From Amphiscolops sp. MND2022 (lineage: Eukaryota): DNA of 64,000 bases. The translations under genes and the position numbers were made by a program. This document shows positions 38,604-50,600 of this stretch, one piece after another. The DNA lies in contig OZ076412.1 in assembly GCA_964187785.1 (NCBI GenBank), positions 17,608,001-17,672,000 of the forward strand. The letters are read 5' to 3'. Within the stretch, counting starts at the first letter, position 1. Every line of letters begins with the position of its first letter. Under the pieces are notes generated by a model. The model searched no databases, was not told the DNA's origin, and saw only the letters and a program-made list of their open reading frames with translations.

Positions 38604-41600
38604 GTGAATCATGCTTTAGCCGACGCCACAGCTTTGGCAGCTCCTAACGAAGAACGATGTTTTGTTTTGGAAACGGATGCCAGTGAAGTAGCCATAGCCA
38701 GAATCCTACATCAAGATCAGGATTATAATGGAAAAACCGTCCTTCGTCCTATTGTTTATGGTAGCAAATTACTGACTCGAACACAACCGAATTATGGCGC
38801 CCCAAAACTAGAGATGTACGCAGTGTTTTATTTTATTGAAAAACTCCTTTCGTACCTTGCAGATCGAGAATTCACGCGGCGCGTGGATAACCAAGCCCTC
38901 TCATTGCTGAAGACATACTCAATGGATCAAGATATGATTGGACGCTGGATTGCACACCTCGATCAATATCACTTCAAGACGGTCCATCGATCACGCACGC
39001 AACACAGAAATGCAATGCAGACGGTCTCAGCAAAAGGACCAATAATGACGTGCACAGGGAAAAGATTGTGGAGACTCTCCCGGAAGTGAGCAAGGGATTC
39101 AGCTTCATGTCCCAGAACGACTACGAGAACCTCCCCGTCGTGCCATACATTGACAAGCATGGAAAGTTCATTCCGAATCACCCTGAATTTCCGGAGGAAG
39201 CTCGAGCGCAATTCCCTGTGCTCTATATCTTGAAGAAGCGACCAAAAGAAGAATCAACCTCAGATCAACCTATGAATTCCACCCCATGGTACCCAGAGCT
39301 GCAATGGGAGACAACTCCAACATCAACCGAAAATGACAGACCAAATTGTATCTTGAGTGTAACAACCAAAGTGCCGCCGGCAAGTCTCGACACCGCTAAA
39401 CGCGACCCAGCGTTGCGTAGGTTGCCTACGCAATGTCGAGAGCAAGCTGATGTCCTCAGACTAATTCGAACTGAACTGTACGAGCATCAATCGACAATGC
39501 GTGGCCTGAAGGACCTACATCTAGCTCAAAACCTTCTAGCGCTGAAAAAGCTCATGAAGAACGAACTACTGGATGACATCTTGTTCCCAGAAGACGTGCA
39601 GGACTGCGCCAAGCGATACTATCATCAAAAGAAAGATTTACTGTTCCTGAACCAGAATGACATTTTATGTGTCAATTACATCCAGCAGCAACGCGCAATG
39701 CACGTACGGCCGTGTATGATCGTCATGCCCCAAATGTACCAACACGAGATTCCGTACACAGCGCATGATGAGACAGGACACCAAGGCGTTGGTACGGTGT
39801 TGGCAAGAATACAAGAGCGCCACACCTGGCCAGGAATCAAGCGTGATGTAGTCAACCACATTAAGCACAGCTTAATATGTCAACAGACAAAACATCCCGC
39901 TGGGGATTTATGCTACCTTCTACAAAGTATCAACAGTAGCAACTTCAATGACTTAGTGCATTTCGATCGATTGAAACTGTGCCAGACAACATCGGGAAAC
40001 AACGGACTGTTAGTCATCGTCGCCCATTTCACAAATTTTTCAGAGGCCGTCCCATGTGCACAAGATGAATACGATGCCCAGACCACTGCAAAGATCATCC
40101 TGAACAAGTGGTTTGCAAGACATGGCTCTCCTGCCAGAATGCAATCCGGCAATGCCACAAACTTTACTGCAGCAATTGCACAAGAACTGATGAAAGCCTG
40201 GCATGTAACCAAAGTAACATCTACTCCAGCCCATCCGAGAGACAATGGTTTGGTAGAACGCCAGAATCGAACATTGCTAGCCTTGCTTCGAGTTTACACA
40301 TTTCGCAGGTTGTTGGACTGGGATGAACGCATAAATAGAGACTTGGGTGCCTACAATTCAACCAGACATGCAACAACCGGAATTTCTCCGTACATGCTCC
40401 AACATGGAGCAGAAAAGTCCTTTCCACTCTTGTTCATATACCCAGATTTCGCAGCACGAGAATTCGAATCTAAAGAAGAATTCGTAGAGCACCTGCTTGC
40501 TAGACAGCAAGAAATCCATGAGCTTGTTCGTAGGAATACACCTCAGGCGCAAGTACGATAAAAACAGAAGTTTGACAAGCATTTGAAAGCAAAGGCTCAC
40601 GCCGTGGGTGACGCCGTTTGGGTTTTTTGTCACATAATTCCCAAGGGTGGTACCCGCAAACTTCTTCGTGCCTGGCGTGGACCTCACAAGGTCTCTGATG
40701 TACTCCAAGATAGAAGAGTATACGTTTTGGATACCGCCCAAAAAGTTCATTTCGAGAGCCTGAAGAGACATGTGCCTGTGCCGTGGGATTGGGCATCACA
40801 TCGACCCTTCGAGTTGGACCAGAATGTAGCCATCATTGCAGATCCGAACGTGGAAGATAATAATGAAGAGATAACATCAGACATATCACGTGACTTGAAT
40901 AACTGCCGGAGGCATCATTCGAAATGGAACCAACCGAGCCTGTCCCACCCCGCACAATTCAAACGTGCACTCAAACGGCTTTAGAACAAAGAAATGCACG
41001 TAGGCGGATCAGCCATTTTGGATACCCACCTGATACCCAATCTGATCACGAACCAATTGAACAACCAGAGGAAGAAATACAGCAACCAGTTGTCTTTCCC
41101 GAACTAGACAGTTTGGAACCATTGTTTTCGGACCAAGAGGAAATCCTGCACGAACCAGCGAGTAGCCTTCTACCTTCTGCAACAGGGACGTCAGCACCAT
41201 TGCTGTCAAACCCAGCCTTGACCGACACACTGAGCAACTGAGCAACTTCCCACTATTCAGTTCCTGAGCTAGTAGCTCAAGAGAACCAGAACCTGCTGAA
41301 GAAGTCGAGCCACAGGAAGTGACTGACGTGGAAGATCAACCACCTGGGCGAAGTCAGGAGACATCGCTCGCATCAGATGGAACTGCCTGTGGAAGAGGCA
41401 GACCAAGAGGCAGACCTCCAGGTCATAGAAGAAAAAGTGCCACTTCATCGAGCAGGACAACTTCAAGAGCGAACAGACCACACACTCGATCAAGAGGTAG
41501 AATGAGAACCAGAACTCGATCTAGGACTCTAGAGCGTGCAATGACGTTACCGAACATACCCGAAAGCATTTCACTAGATCAACAGGGTGCAGAGCAAACA

Positions 41601-41624
41601 ACTCCTTCACAAGCACCGCCTTAA
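38604..41624 (+). pseudogene. pol: RNase H, integrase and low-complexity C-terminal tail, copy 2
   Basis: The 503-aa frame 39050-40561 holds HHCC and the integrase core (VHFDRLK, MQSGNATNF, VERQNRTL). GPY/F motif in 40583-40984, then a P/E/S/R-rich tail to TAA at 41624. Confidence 0.9.
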
Positions 41625-41676
41625 CAGCTACGAAGTAATAGAACACCACGATAAAGGTGTGTAGTACTGTAGTTGC

Positions 41677-43024
41677 GTGAACCTAGTAGTTGAAGTAAGA
41701 ACACCAGTCAAGCGATTGGCCCGGAAAGCGGATGCTTCTGTCCCGAAGTTGATTATCCCAGAAACTTCAGACAACTATTCACAACATGAACTTCTTACTA
41801 TTCAAGCCAAACACCAGGAGACCCCACTAGTACATCATGTAGTGATAACGATAGAGAAAACGTACTCGAATGTAGAATCAGGGATTCTCCCGCCACTAGA
41901 TACCACGTTGAAGGGAATGCACGAAACATCCCCTACAGACTGCCCTACCTACCGTTTCAAAGAGTGGACCTGGCACGACAAGAGCGGATTAGAATTTACA
42001 TTAGCCACCATTTTTCCCTCACTTCCACCATCGATAGTGTTGGGAAAAGTAGAGCCAGAAGACACAAAAGTAGCCAAGATACTTTGTATTACCGCGAACC
42101 AACTATGGCAACAATATGGTGTGACTTCCCCTCCTGGAGATGTATATCACCCAACTGCTGGTTGGTGGCTACTAGTCACCTCCCTAGACGAAACATCACC
42201 TGTGAGTCCCGAAACTCCGTTGACTTGCCTGGAAAATCTACGTACAATCGTAGAGTTTGAATTCACCCCCTGTTTCCATCTGGCAAACATATATCGCGGA
42301 AATATTCTTATTCAACATTGGTTACAGCTACTAGCTGTCACTTTCTGTCGTCAAGCCAAAATTCCTTTATTGGATAAACACATTATACGTTCTAAGACAC
42401 CGTGACCGTGCTAGAAGCACTCTCCGTAGTCCACGATTGGTCTTATACGAACATGGACAACCGACAGCAACGCAACGCCGAACAGTATGGCAAGACTGCA
42501 AAGGCATACTGGAACCCATCGCGCCAATTCAAGACAATCAATGCACCCTCACTGGACAATTGTTAACAACGCATCACAAGGTCAAACTTACCGTGGATAA
42601 CCTACGACGAAACTGATTCCTGCAAGCACGTGGTACCGTGGTTGTGTGCTGTCCAGCGGACCTTATTTCATACTCAGCGATGACGTGCTACGTAATCCGT
42701 GAATACGGACTAGAATAGACCTTCAAAGTAAGACCAGTCGTTGGAAAGGCGATGCACCTAGTCAAGTCACCAAATGCCCCATGGAACAATAACATTTATC
42801 TGTTATTTAAAAGAGCCTCCAGCAAGCATCCCATGCTGCATGATGTATTACAATTATGTCTGCCAGATCTAATACAAAATCTCACTCAAGCTCGCACCAT
42901 ACAAGTTCGCTTCCCTATCTATGATCCCGAAAGGTCAATCAACATACTACCACCTTGGTATTCAATGTTGAGAGATCATTTAATCGAGTCAAACATCGAC
43001 AACGTTCTCCACGACAGAGTCTAG
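41677..43024 (+). pseudogene. Accessory ORF3, copy 2: tandem macrodomain-like protein
   Basis: Same as copy 1 (offset 7043); shares the ~42610-42618 frameshift and the TAG at 42716-42718. Confidence 0.6.
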
Positions 43025-43286
43025 TGTCGATCGCATCAGTAAACGCAAACCACAGCGAAACGAAGCACAATTGAATTGAGCACCAACAATTCCAATAAAT
43101 GTCACTTCTGGAGGCAAATCGCCTTCTTTGATGCATGTGTCGTTTTAACTAATACCGGAAATGAATTTTAAAGCGGACTGTTGCGTTCGATTCACGAAAA
43201 ACCTTTTAAGAAAAAAATGGACTGCACTTAACTTGAATTCACCTATAGAATGTTTTAACCCAAAATTGATGTGTGTTTATTTTCAG

Positions 43287-46200
43287 TTCAGTCATGTCCT
43301 CTCCTTACTAAGCGATATTCCGTCACATTTCATCTTTGCTGTCACTCAATAAAAGTTGCAATTTGAAGGTGCAACCATTGTTACATATGGAATATTGCTC
43401 TATCCAACTCACTGGCCAGCACCAGTCACGATGAACAGACTAGAGCTCCAGCAGCAGCTGCGCCAGAACATCCATTGTCCTCGCTGCCTGTCGAAGATGT
43501 ACACGGTAAAGTAGACCAGCTTGGTCTTGTCCAATCGCAACTTCAATCCGGCGCTTCACCGATCCTGGTCACCAGGACGGCAATGCTCATTGTCCAGATG
43601 CAATCGCTGGAAGCGCACCCAGACTTTGTTCTATCCTTTTCAGTAGGAATCGGATCCTTCCGCCGAACTGCGGAACTTAGCAATGGAGCTTGGCATGGAC
43701 ATGACCTCACTCACCACTTTGATGATCATCGATCGCACTTAACGTATGCTGAGCCTGCTAGGCCTCCCATGGAACAACAACGACCCCTACAGCTCTCATC
43801 GACACAGAATCAGCGGAAGAGAATCCCATGACGAACGAGAGACTAAGAACCATAGCAATGCGAAACCCTTACGACGTACCAATGACGAAGAGTTTGATTG
43901 AGGTCCCAGATTGGTACAATGCCTTAATGCCTTCGACGTCAGCGGACCCGCGACATCTGATTGGATTCCAGGCCAACCCGGAGCTGCAAGAACAACAGAA
44001 GGAACAGCAAAAGCCAGAAAAACAAGCGGCAAACGCGCCGATGGACTTAAGAGACGTGTTGAATAGGAAGGAACAGAAGAACAAACTAGAGCAAGCAATT
44101 GGTCCAAAAAAGAGAATCAGAGAACTTGCGAATTCAGATGCTGCTAGCTTAAGCCCAAACCCGTCCCCCGTGCAACAGCCGGAGGCTAGAAGAGTGAGGT
44201 TTTCCGAAGAGCTCCTGTCGCAGACGGAGACACGACAGTATGACATTACTGCCAGAGACGCGGTGCGTCTGCAGCGGGAAGTGCATTTGAGAAATCTAGA
44301 CCCAGGTTTGGATATTCAAAAATTCGAGACTGTCACAAGCAGAGGAGAACCGGAGATTGTAAAGACATTAGACAAGGCCTCAGTCGGAATGCATTATTTC
44401 GGGCCCGTGAAAAAGCCGACATTGTTATTGGATCGCAATTCCCCATGGTTCGAGAGAGTGAAAGAAGATCTACACAAGGATAAATCTCCATTTGTGAAAC
44501 CACTACCATCGAAGGTAAAGTTAGGAACACAGCAACCAGTCAGATATGTCGAGCAACTGCTGCAAAGCAGAAACTTTAAAAGGGATCTGACTACGCTACT
44601 TCCAATGGGAAAAGAAATTCTTCAGAAAACAAGAATCGCCTTGTTCATAGACTCAACTATGAAGGCAACGTCAAACATGAGTAATACACTGATGGAGGCT
44701 CGGGTGATAAACCTGCCTTGCTCTTCACTGGAGGATATGGCCGAGGTGACCTGTAAAGTCATTGGCCCCTCTGCCAATCCCGCCGAGACGATTCCATTCC
44801 CACCATTACTGATATACAGCAATGTAATCGACCACTTAGCCCTCCGAGGAACCTTGAAATATCTCGAAGGAGGATAGACGAATGACCGAGAAGTGATGAC
44901 CGACGAAGTCGTATCATACATCGAAGCAATGAGAAGCGTGATTCGCCCAGTGCAAAGAAAGAAGCCCACAGCAGGCATAATCTTTGTATCGCCTGGGTAC
45001 GTATACCTCCCAAAACCACTGCAACAGTTCCACTACTTGCTATGGGAATCTGGTTCTACTCAGAACCTCTACTTCCACATTGTGGCTCCGAATTTGAGAA
45101 TCAGTACCATGACTTGGCGCTTTGCGAAAACTCATATCCAGCATTCCTGGCGGAGGTGTCGAAAGCCTAACAGGCTTACACCGGATATGAGGGCAACTGA
45201 GAGCTATTAGTTGACGAAGCAACCGCCTCCGATTTTGAAATGCAAAAGGCACATCGTACATTTGACGAGAATGGCGTGCGCCAGGTCAAAGAGCCGAACG
45301 AAGCAGAGAAAACCAAAATGATAGACAACCTGTGATTTGAAAAGAGAGATGAGACGACCCAGGCCGAGAAGATACATGACGCGAAAGTCCACAAAGAGCC
45401 GCTAGCTAACTTCAAGAGGACTGCAGAGAAAAAGCAAACTCGCACAGACACCAGCGCCTTTCCTGTGGCTACACTAGCCGTAGACTGCCAACCCAACATG
45501 GTCTCCCCTACCCTGGTGCTACTAGCAGTCCTTGCCCGGAAAGTAGCACGAGAAAGACGAGCTAATCCTGAACACTCGTACCAGTCTTGGCACGAAGTAT
45601 TGCAAGACACCCTGGCACAAGTAGCAGAGCGACACCAAATACCATTTCCCATTTTCTTGTAAAAAAAACTCCGTTCTGGGTACCTACGATTGTGCAATGT
45701 GAAAGTGGCCTGGACGAACAACAAATGAATTTATACATAGAAGCGATTCAAAGAGCCACGATCAGTGAAATCCTAGCCTACCTGATGGCAGTCGGCTTGG
45801 GCTCTTTTTACAAAGGTTCTGAGCATTTGATACAGAACTTAATCCTGAACAAGGTCAGCTCAAGCCTATTCAGCTTCCTGGTGTTCGCACAAAACCAAAG
45901 AGTTTGGATATTTGCGATCTTGAACACACTAGACCCCGCAGGAGCATTGAGATTGCGTGCTCAGCTGGCCGAAAACGTCGAGACAACCCTAGCCTGGACT
46001 TATTCAGCATGGGTGAATGTATCGGGTGTGATGTGCACCCTGGATGACTCGCAGAATCAGCAACGCAATGACAAAAACCTGCCAGGTTTTCTTTTCCCGT
46101 CTCATGTTTGATGCTGGTAGAAACACAAGACCTGGTCCCGATGATTGCTCTTATCGTATGGCCCAAATTCGGATCTGTGATGGCACTACGATACCCTACA

Positions 46201-47271
46201 CAACCTCTTAGAGTTGCTATCAGCACCTCCACGTTGTCGATCCTACACTTTGTAGACCCAGAGGTATACGCCCTCCGATGGCGTATACCATAATTAAAGA
46301 CAAAAAGCAGACCGAACACAACTTCGTCATGTTAGTCCGAGCCAGAGCGCGAAGCGCCTTACCTATGCCCCTGGAATTCGACCCATTGGAATGGCCACAC
46401 GTGCCAATAAACCCCAATACTGGTGCAATACAGGATTTCTCCAGTTGGGACGAACAATCTTGAGGACGCTAACCAATGCCACACAGCGCTTGGGTGGACG
46501 AAGGAAATTCTCAACGCTAGAAAAGTTGCAGTACCGAACTATTACTGACTCGTCAAGAATGTATAAGCCACAAACGAAACCCAAAGCCAACACCGCGATA
46601 ATCCTAGCCAAGACTACTTGTTGGACAGAACCCCAATGGTGGATCCGGCAATCTACCAACAATACCAGATATGGAAAGCCGTTGTGCCGAAAGTTGCCAA
46701 ACAGCCAAAAAGAAAGATACTGCCCATCAGTAACGAAATGCCCAACAATCCAAAGATGGCAATTTAAAGATTCCTGGATTTGATAGCCCGGCAAAAGCAG
46801 GAAGGAAACTCTGTTTACGAGAGCTACCTGACCGCCATCAAGAAGTACAAGGAGGCATTCGAGAAGCACTGACACCAACAGCTTGCAGACCAGCTGCCAG
46901 AACTACGCTTGGTGGGCTCTACCACGGAAAGACAGGCAGCAGGATACACGGAGGTCTCAGGCAGCGGCAGTTCAACTTCCATAATGTCAAACCTGAGCCA
47001 AGTCAGCTCCTCACAGACCCTAGCAGCTGCAGAAACGGAGGAATCGACCAGCAACACTCCGATTGCTCCCCCTAGTGATATGGCGACGCCACAAGGAGAT
47101 TCATGTAACGTATCCCTATCACAGACAGAAGCTGCTAATGTTGAATTGGAGCTAAATGAGCTCCCCAGTCCTAATCAACAAGAATGGCTTCTAGTTGACG
47201 TACTAGTAGAGACACTGGCAGATGCTCTACAAGACCACGCTACAGCTGCTGACAATACGAACAATGAGTAG
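43287..47271 (+). pseudogene. Accessory ORF4: long (~1300-codon ancestral) protein with central SGNH/GDSL-hydrolase-like fold
   Basis: 43828-44877 and 44893-45210 are one frame split by a TAG that is AAG in copy 1. RIALFIDS / VINLPCSSLEDM / LLIYSNVIDHL / VVSYIEAMRSVI...GIIFVSP follow SGNH blocks I-III. Protein-like frames continue through frameshifts to the stop at 47271. Confidence 0.55.
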
Positions 47272-47399
47272 TGAAGAAGACTGGAATTGAACTATAGCAA
47301 TCAAACCACACTTACCAAGAAAACTATCGTTGAAAACACTCCTACCTAAGTGCAAGAGTTGAAGTACTTCGTACAATTTTAGTTCAATTAAACAATTAC

Positions 47400-48494
47400 C
47401 ACCGGAATTAGTATAACTACCAGGTAGGTAGGTTCCAGCTTGGTACCTGCCTGCTTGCAAAAAGAAAAAGGTGCAATTCAAACCTTGCATTAAAACTGTT
47501 CATGATTTTACTGGTAGAGTGTTGTTGTAGTGAAACTTTCCCCTGAAATAGTTTTCACCAGACTGAAACAAAACGGGAAGAGATTCTAGCGAAATTGGTT
47601 TTTATCCTTTGAAATGGCGAACAAGTGCTGAATCCAAAAGATCCAAAAGTGCTAATGTTGTAAAACGCTACAAAAATGATAAAATTTTTGAGCAGTAAGA
47701 ACTAAACAAAATTGAAAAGATGTTGCTAAACCCCACTGGGTGTGTCAAACCCACTGGGAACGTCAAACTACGGTCCGGGGAGGATATAACGTCCACCAGT
47801 CAACACCCAAAAATTCGATGAAGAACCAGAAAGTATGCGAGTCAAAATGCCCGACCTGGCAGGTCGTTGAAATTGAAAAGGAAGACTCAGAAAGGGAAAA
47901 AGAACAAACAAACCACTCCCCAATCCACACCGAAAAACTCGTGTAATCAGACACCCGAAGACATCCAGAAGCTGAGACGAGACAATATCCCAGTGTTGTG
48001 CAATCTGACCCAAAAATAGCAGAACAGGAGAGTGAAGAAGAAAGTACCATTTTGATATGAATTGTGCCCAAGACTCAGAACTCGCTTCGCTGAGAACTGT
48101 CTAGAATGTCTTTTCAGTGCTGTTCTGTAGTGTTCTTGCAGATTTTCAGGTGCTAGTTAATGTCGGACCTTGCAGGTCTTGATTTTAGACGTAATTCATC
48201 TAATTGAAATGTGCTTTAGCTGAACCTCTATTTTAGGACCTCGGAGGTATGTAGGAGCGCAGGAACCTTTAGAAACGTTTTTACGTGCTTGTGGGACGTG
48301 TCCGGACTTTGAGTGTGAGTGACGTTGGCACGGAGCTCTATTATGAGGAGTCTCCTTAGACAAGTGGAAAGTCCCTATTGAGACTTTTTTGGGACGAAAA
48401 GCTAATGTTTAGGTTGTTGTAAGACACTGGTCTCTTGTTGTGGCAATCTAGGCATTGTCCCGCTCTTAGAATGTAGCTGTTAGCTTGACGTTAC
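47400..48494. mobile_element. Fragments of other LTR elements (LTR end plus gag-like start on +; LTR start on -)
   Basis: TGTAG(47526)...GCTACA(~47691) is followed by a leader resembling 26795-26835 and an LRSG-containing broken frame. The minus strand starts TGTAACGTC at 48494 with weak similarity to 26030-26130. Confidence 0.35.
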
Positions 48495-48779
48495 ACAAAA
48501 AGCCCAATGGGTCCCCTTTTACAATTTCAAAAACTTTGCGCTTTTTGAGCCTAAGATATAGCGCCAACTTTGGCTGTTCCCGGCTTTGTTAGATATTAGA
48601 TTTACCCTTATTTGTATACATCTTAATTTTGTGTTTTTCTGTCATTACATCCAAATAAAATAACTCACTTACTTTCTTACTAATTCTACACTGTACACTG
48701 ATAATTTGTCACCTGAGGACAAGTCTGTAACAGAGGTTGAGATTGCAGTGCGTGCCGGAGAAAGGGTGCATAGCATCAC

Positions 48780-50600
48780 CAAACACGTACTTGAATAATC
48801 AATTGGGTGTTTTTTTCAGTTTGAGACATTTTTGATTGCGAAACAACTTGGATGCGCTGAGAACAACAATAAGTTGGAGCTTCAACGAATGTTCCGTTGG
48901 TTTTCCGTTAAAATTAGTTTTTCATCTTTTTGGGCTACTAAAAAGTAACAACGCTTGTGTTGTGAAGTTTTCAAATTCGTTACCCTCCTCTATTTTCGAA
49001 TGATGTAGCTCAAGCACAAACACATTAGAACGAAGGTAGATCAAACTAGGTAGATGAAAAAACTCAGTATTTGATGATCAAGCGCAAATACAACACGCAG
49101 CCTTTAGAGACCAAAATCTGACCGATTGTGGCAAAACGGACCCCTTCAGCCTATGTCACCTTGGACCACCTGGATACTTGGCCAAAATCCAACAGAATTA
49201 GGCTAAAAACAGGGCGACCTAATGACAGTGAAACGAGTCATGCACGAATAGTGTCCTATGCATTCACTGAACTGAAAGTAACTGAAAGCAAAAATTCCAT
49301 TGACAAGTACAAGGCCTGGTTGGAAACGAAAACAAAAACTTCTCTCTGCAATGACTTTCAGCTAATTCAAATTCAGAAACTCTCGGAAGAACGGCTATCG
49401 AAGATCACCTAGATAATTTCACTGCTTTGCGCAACTCAGCAAATGGGAGTACTCCTCGCTCAGATATAACATTCACTTGAAATGTGGGAAAATGAGTTGT
49501 GGGCACATGTACTCTGAAAGAGCCGCGATTGATAGAAGAGAAAAGCGATCAGTCAAGATGAGAGGTAGTTGAGCTGCGAAACAAAAAAGCTTGCAAGCAG
49601 AATAGCATTTTACCTAAGAAAGGATGGATCCATCGGTAGCTTATCTCAAAGATGTAATCCATTTGGACGACGATCCTTCAGTGACTCCATTCATTAGAGA
49701 AGCAATCAGTGCTTGCTTCAGACTAACATCGGTGGATGAATGGAACTATCTCAGATCAATTGACAACCCGTCTGATGAAGAAATGCGTGGTCTTTCAGCC
49801 ATTTCCCTTCGTGACAGCCCTTTGCTGGAAGGTTCTTAATTCTCGCGAACACAACGGTAGTCAGCATCTCGACGACTTTCAAGTGGCAGAAGTACAGATC
49901 GTACGAAAAACTCTTGCTCGTTGTCTCCTATATTTTGCGCAAACTGCCCAAAAAACGAAAGTTACTGCTCCATCTCAGCCTTTTTAACTGACTCTAATTA
50001 GGTGAGAAATGATCGTTCAATAGTTTTTTGTTTCGTCCGAGAAGAGTCGTTTGCGGTCGAAACGAATTGCTCGTTGGAACAGTCCTGAGTCAACAGCTCT
50101 TCCGAAACAACTCGTCCTAGTTCGCCTCTTTCCTGGATTATCAAGGCATAGGCGAGCAACTGACACTGCCAAACATTTCGCAAATCCCATTTTTGATACA
50201 AAATATCCAATTGTACTGGACAGCCGCCATCCCGCTGAACGCTTGTAGTTAGAACAACTCCGCGAAGCAGATTGTCACCTGGGTGTTGACTACCTGAGGG
50301 CGTTGCAGCATGACTTCGTCATCGCTTACCTAAGAACTTCCGAATTCGTTCCATCTGCCAGACTTGCCGCAAAGGTCGAGCTTAAACATTTTGTCCCAAT
50401 ATGTCCTAGCTTAAACGGGAGCTGGCAGTTAAAGCGCATCCCTTTACTAACATTAGAATTGACTACTTTGGTCCCTTTTACGTAGTTGTCAAACGAACAC
50501 CTCAAAAGCCATGGGTAGTCCTTCTCACTTCCTCACCCACCAGCTGTCCTTCTTGAAATCGCTACGTCAATGGATACTAGAACCTGTGTGTATCTCGAAA
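48780..50600 (+). pseudogene. Second BEL/Pao pol relic (RNase H to integrase)
   Basis: LWQNGP, TKYPIVLDSRHP, LGVDYLRAL, PFTNIxIDYFGPFYV and LEIATSMDTRTC in broken frames. Confidence 0.75.

Larger units (their letters stand above)
31722..45618 (+). repeat. Tandem duplication: copy 1 31722-38445, copy 2 38445-45618
   Basis: The junction CCCTGGCA-C-CGAGGAAT at 38445 joins ORF4 sequence (matching 45618) to RT-thumb sequence (matching 31722). Offsets are 6723, 7043 and 7173 because copy 1 has private 319-bp and 130-bp deletions. The copies differ by scattered substitutions. Confidence 0.95.
26308..47271 (+). mobile_element. Giant decayed Ty3/Gypsy retrotransposon with two accessory 3' coding regions and an internal ~7 kb tandem duplication
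   Basis: Order gag - PR - RT - RNase H - IN (Gypsy order), followed on the same strand by a macrodomain-like ORF and an SGNH-like ORF. Putative 5' LTR 26308-26801 (TGTAGC...GCTACA). No matching 3' LTR found. Confidence 0.85.

Noticed and set aside
36753-46878. Numerous minus-strand ORFs (100-180 aa) over ORF4
   Set aside because: They are antisense to the plus-strand frames and show no recognisable motifs; the plus-strand frames carry the domain-like signal.
43287-47271. Calling ORF4 an env gene
   Set aside because: Its position fits env, but I see no signal peptide, furin site, fusion peptide or clear C-terminal TM anchor; the hydrophobic stretches are short and the motifs point to an SGNH-like fold.
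26030-48385. Inverted terminal repeats enclosing the giant element (26030-26130 vs 48260-48385)
   Set aside because: The similarity is weak and patchy over ~100 bp; it is better explained as two distantly related LTR fragments.
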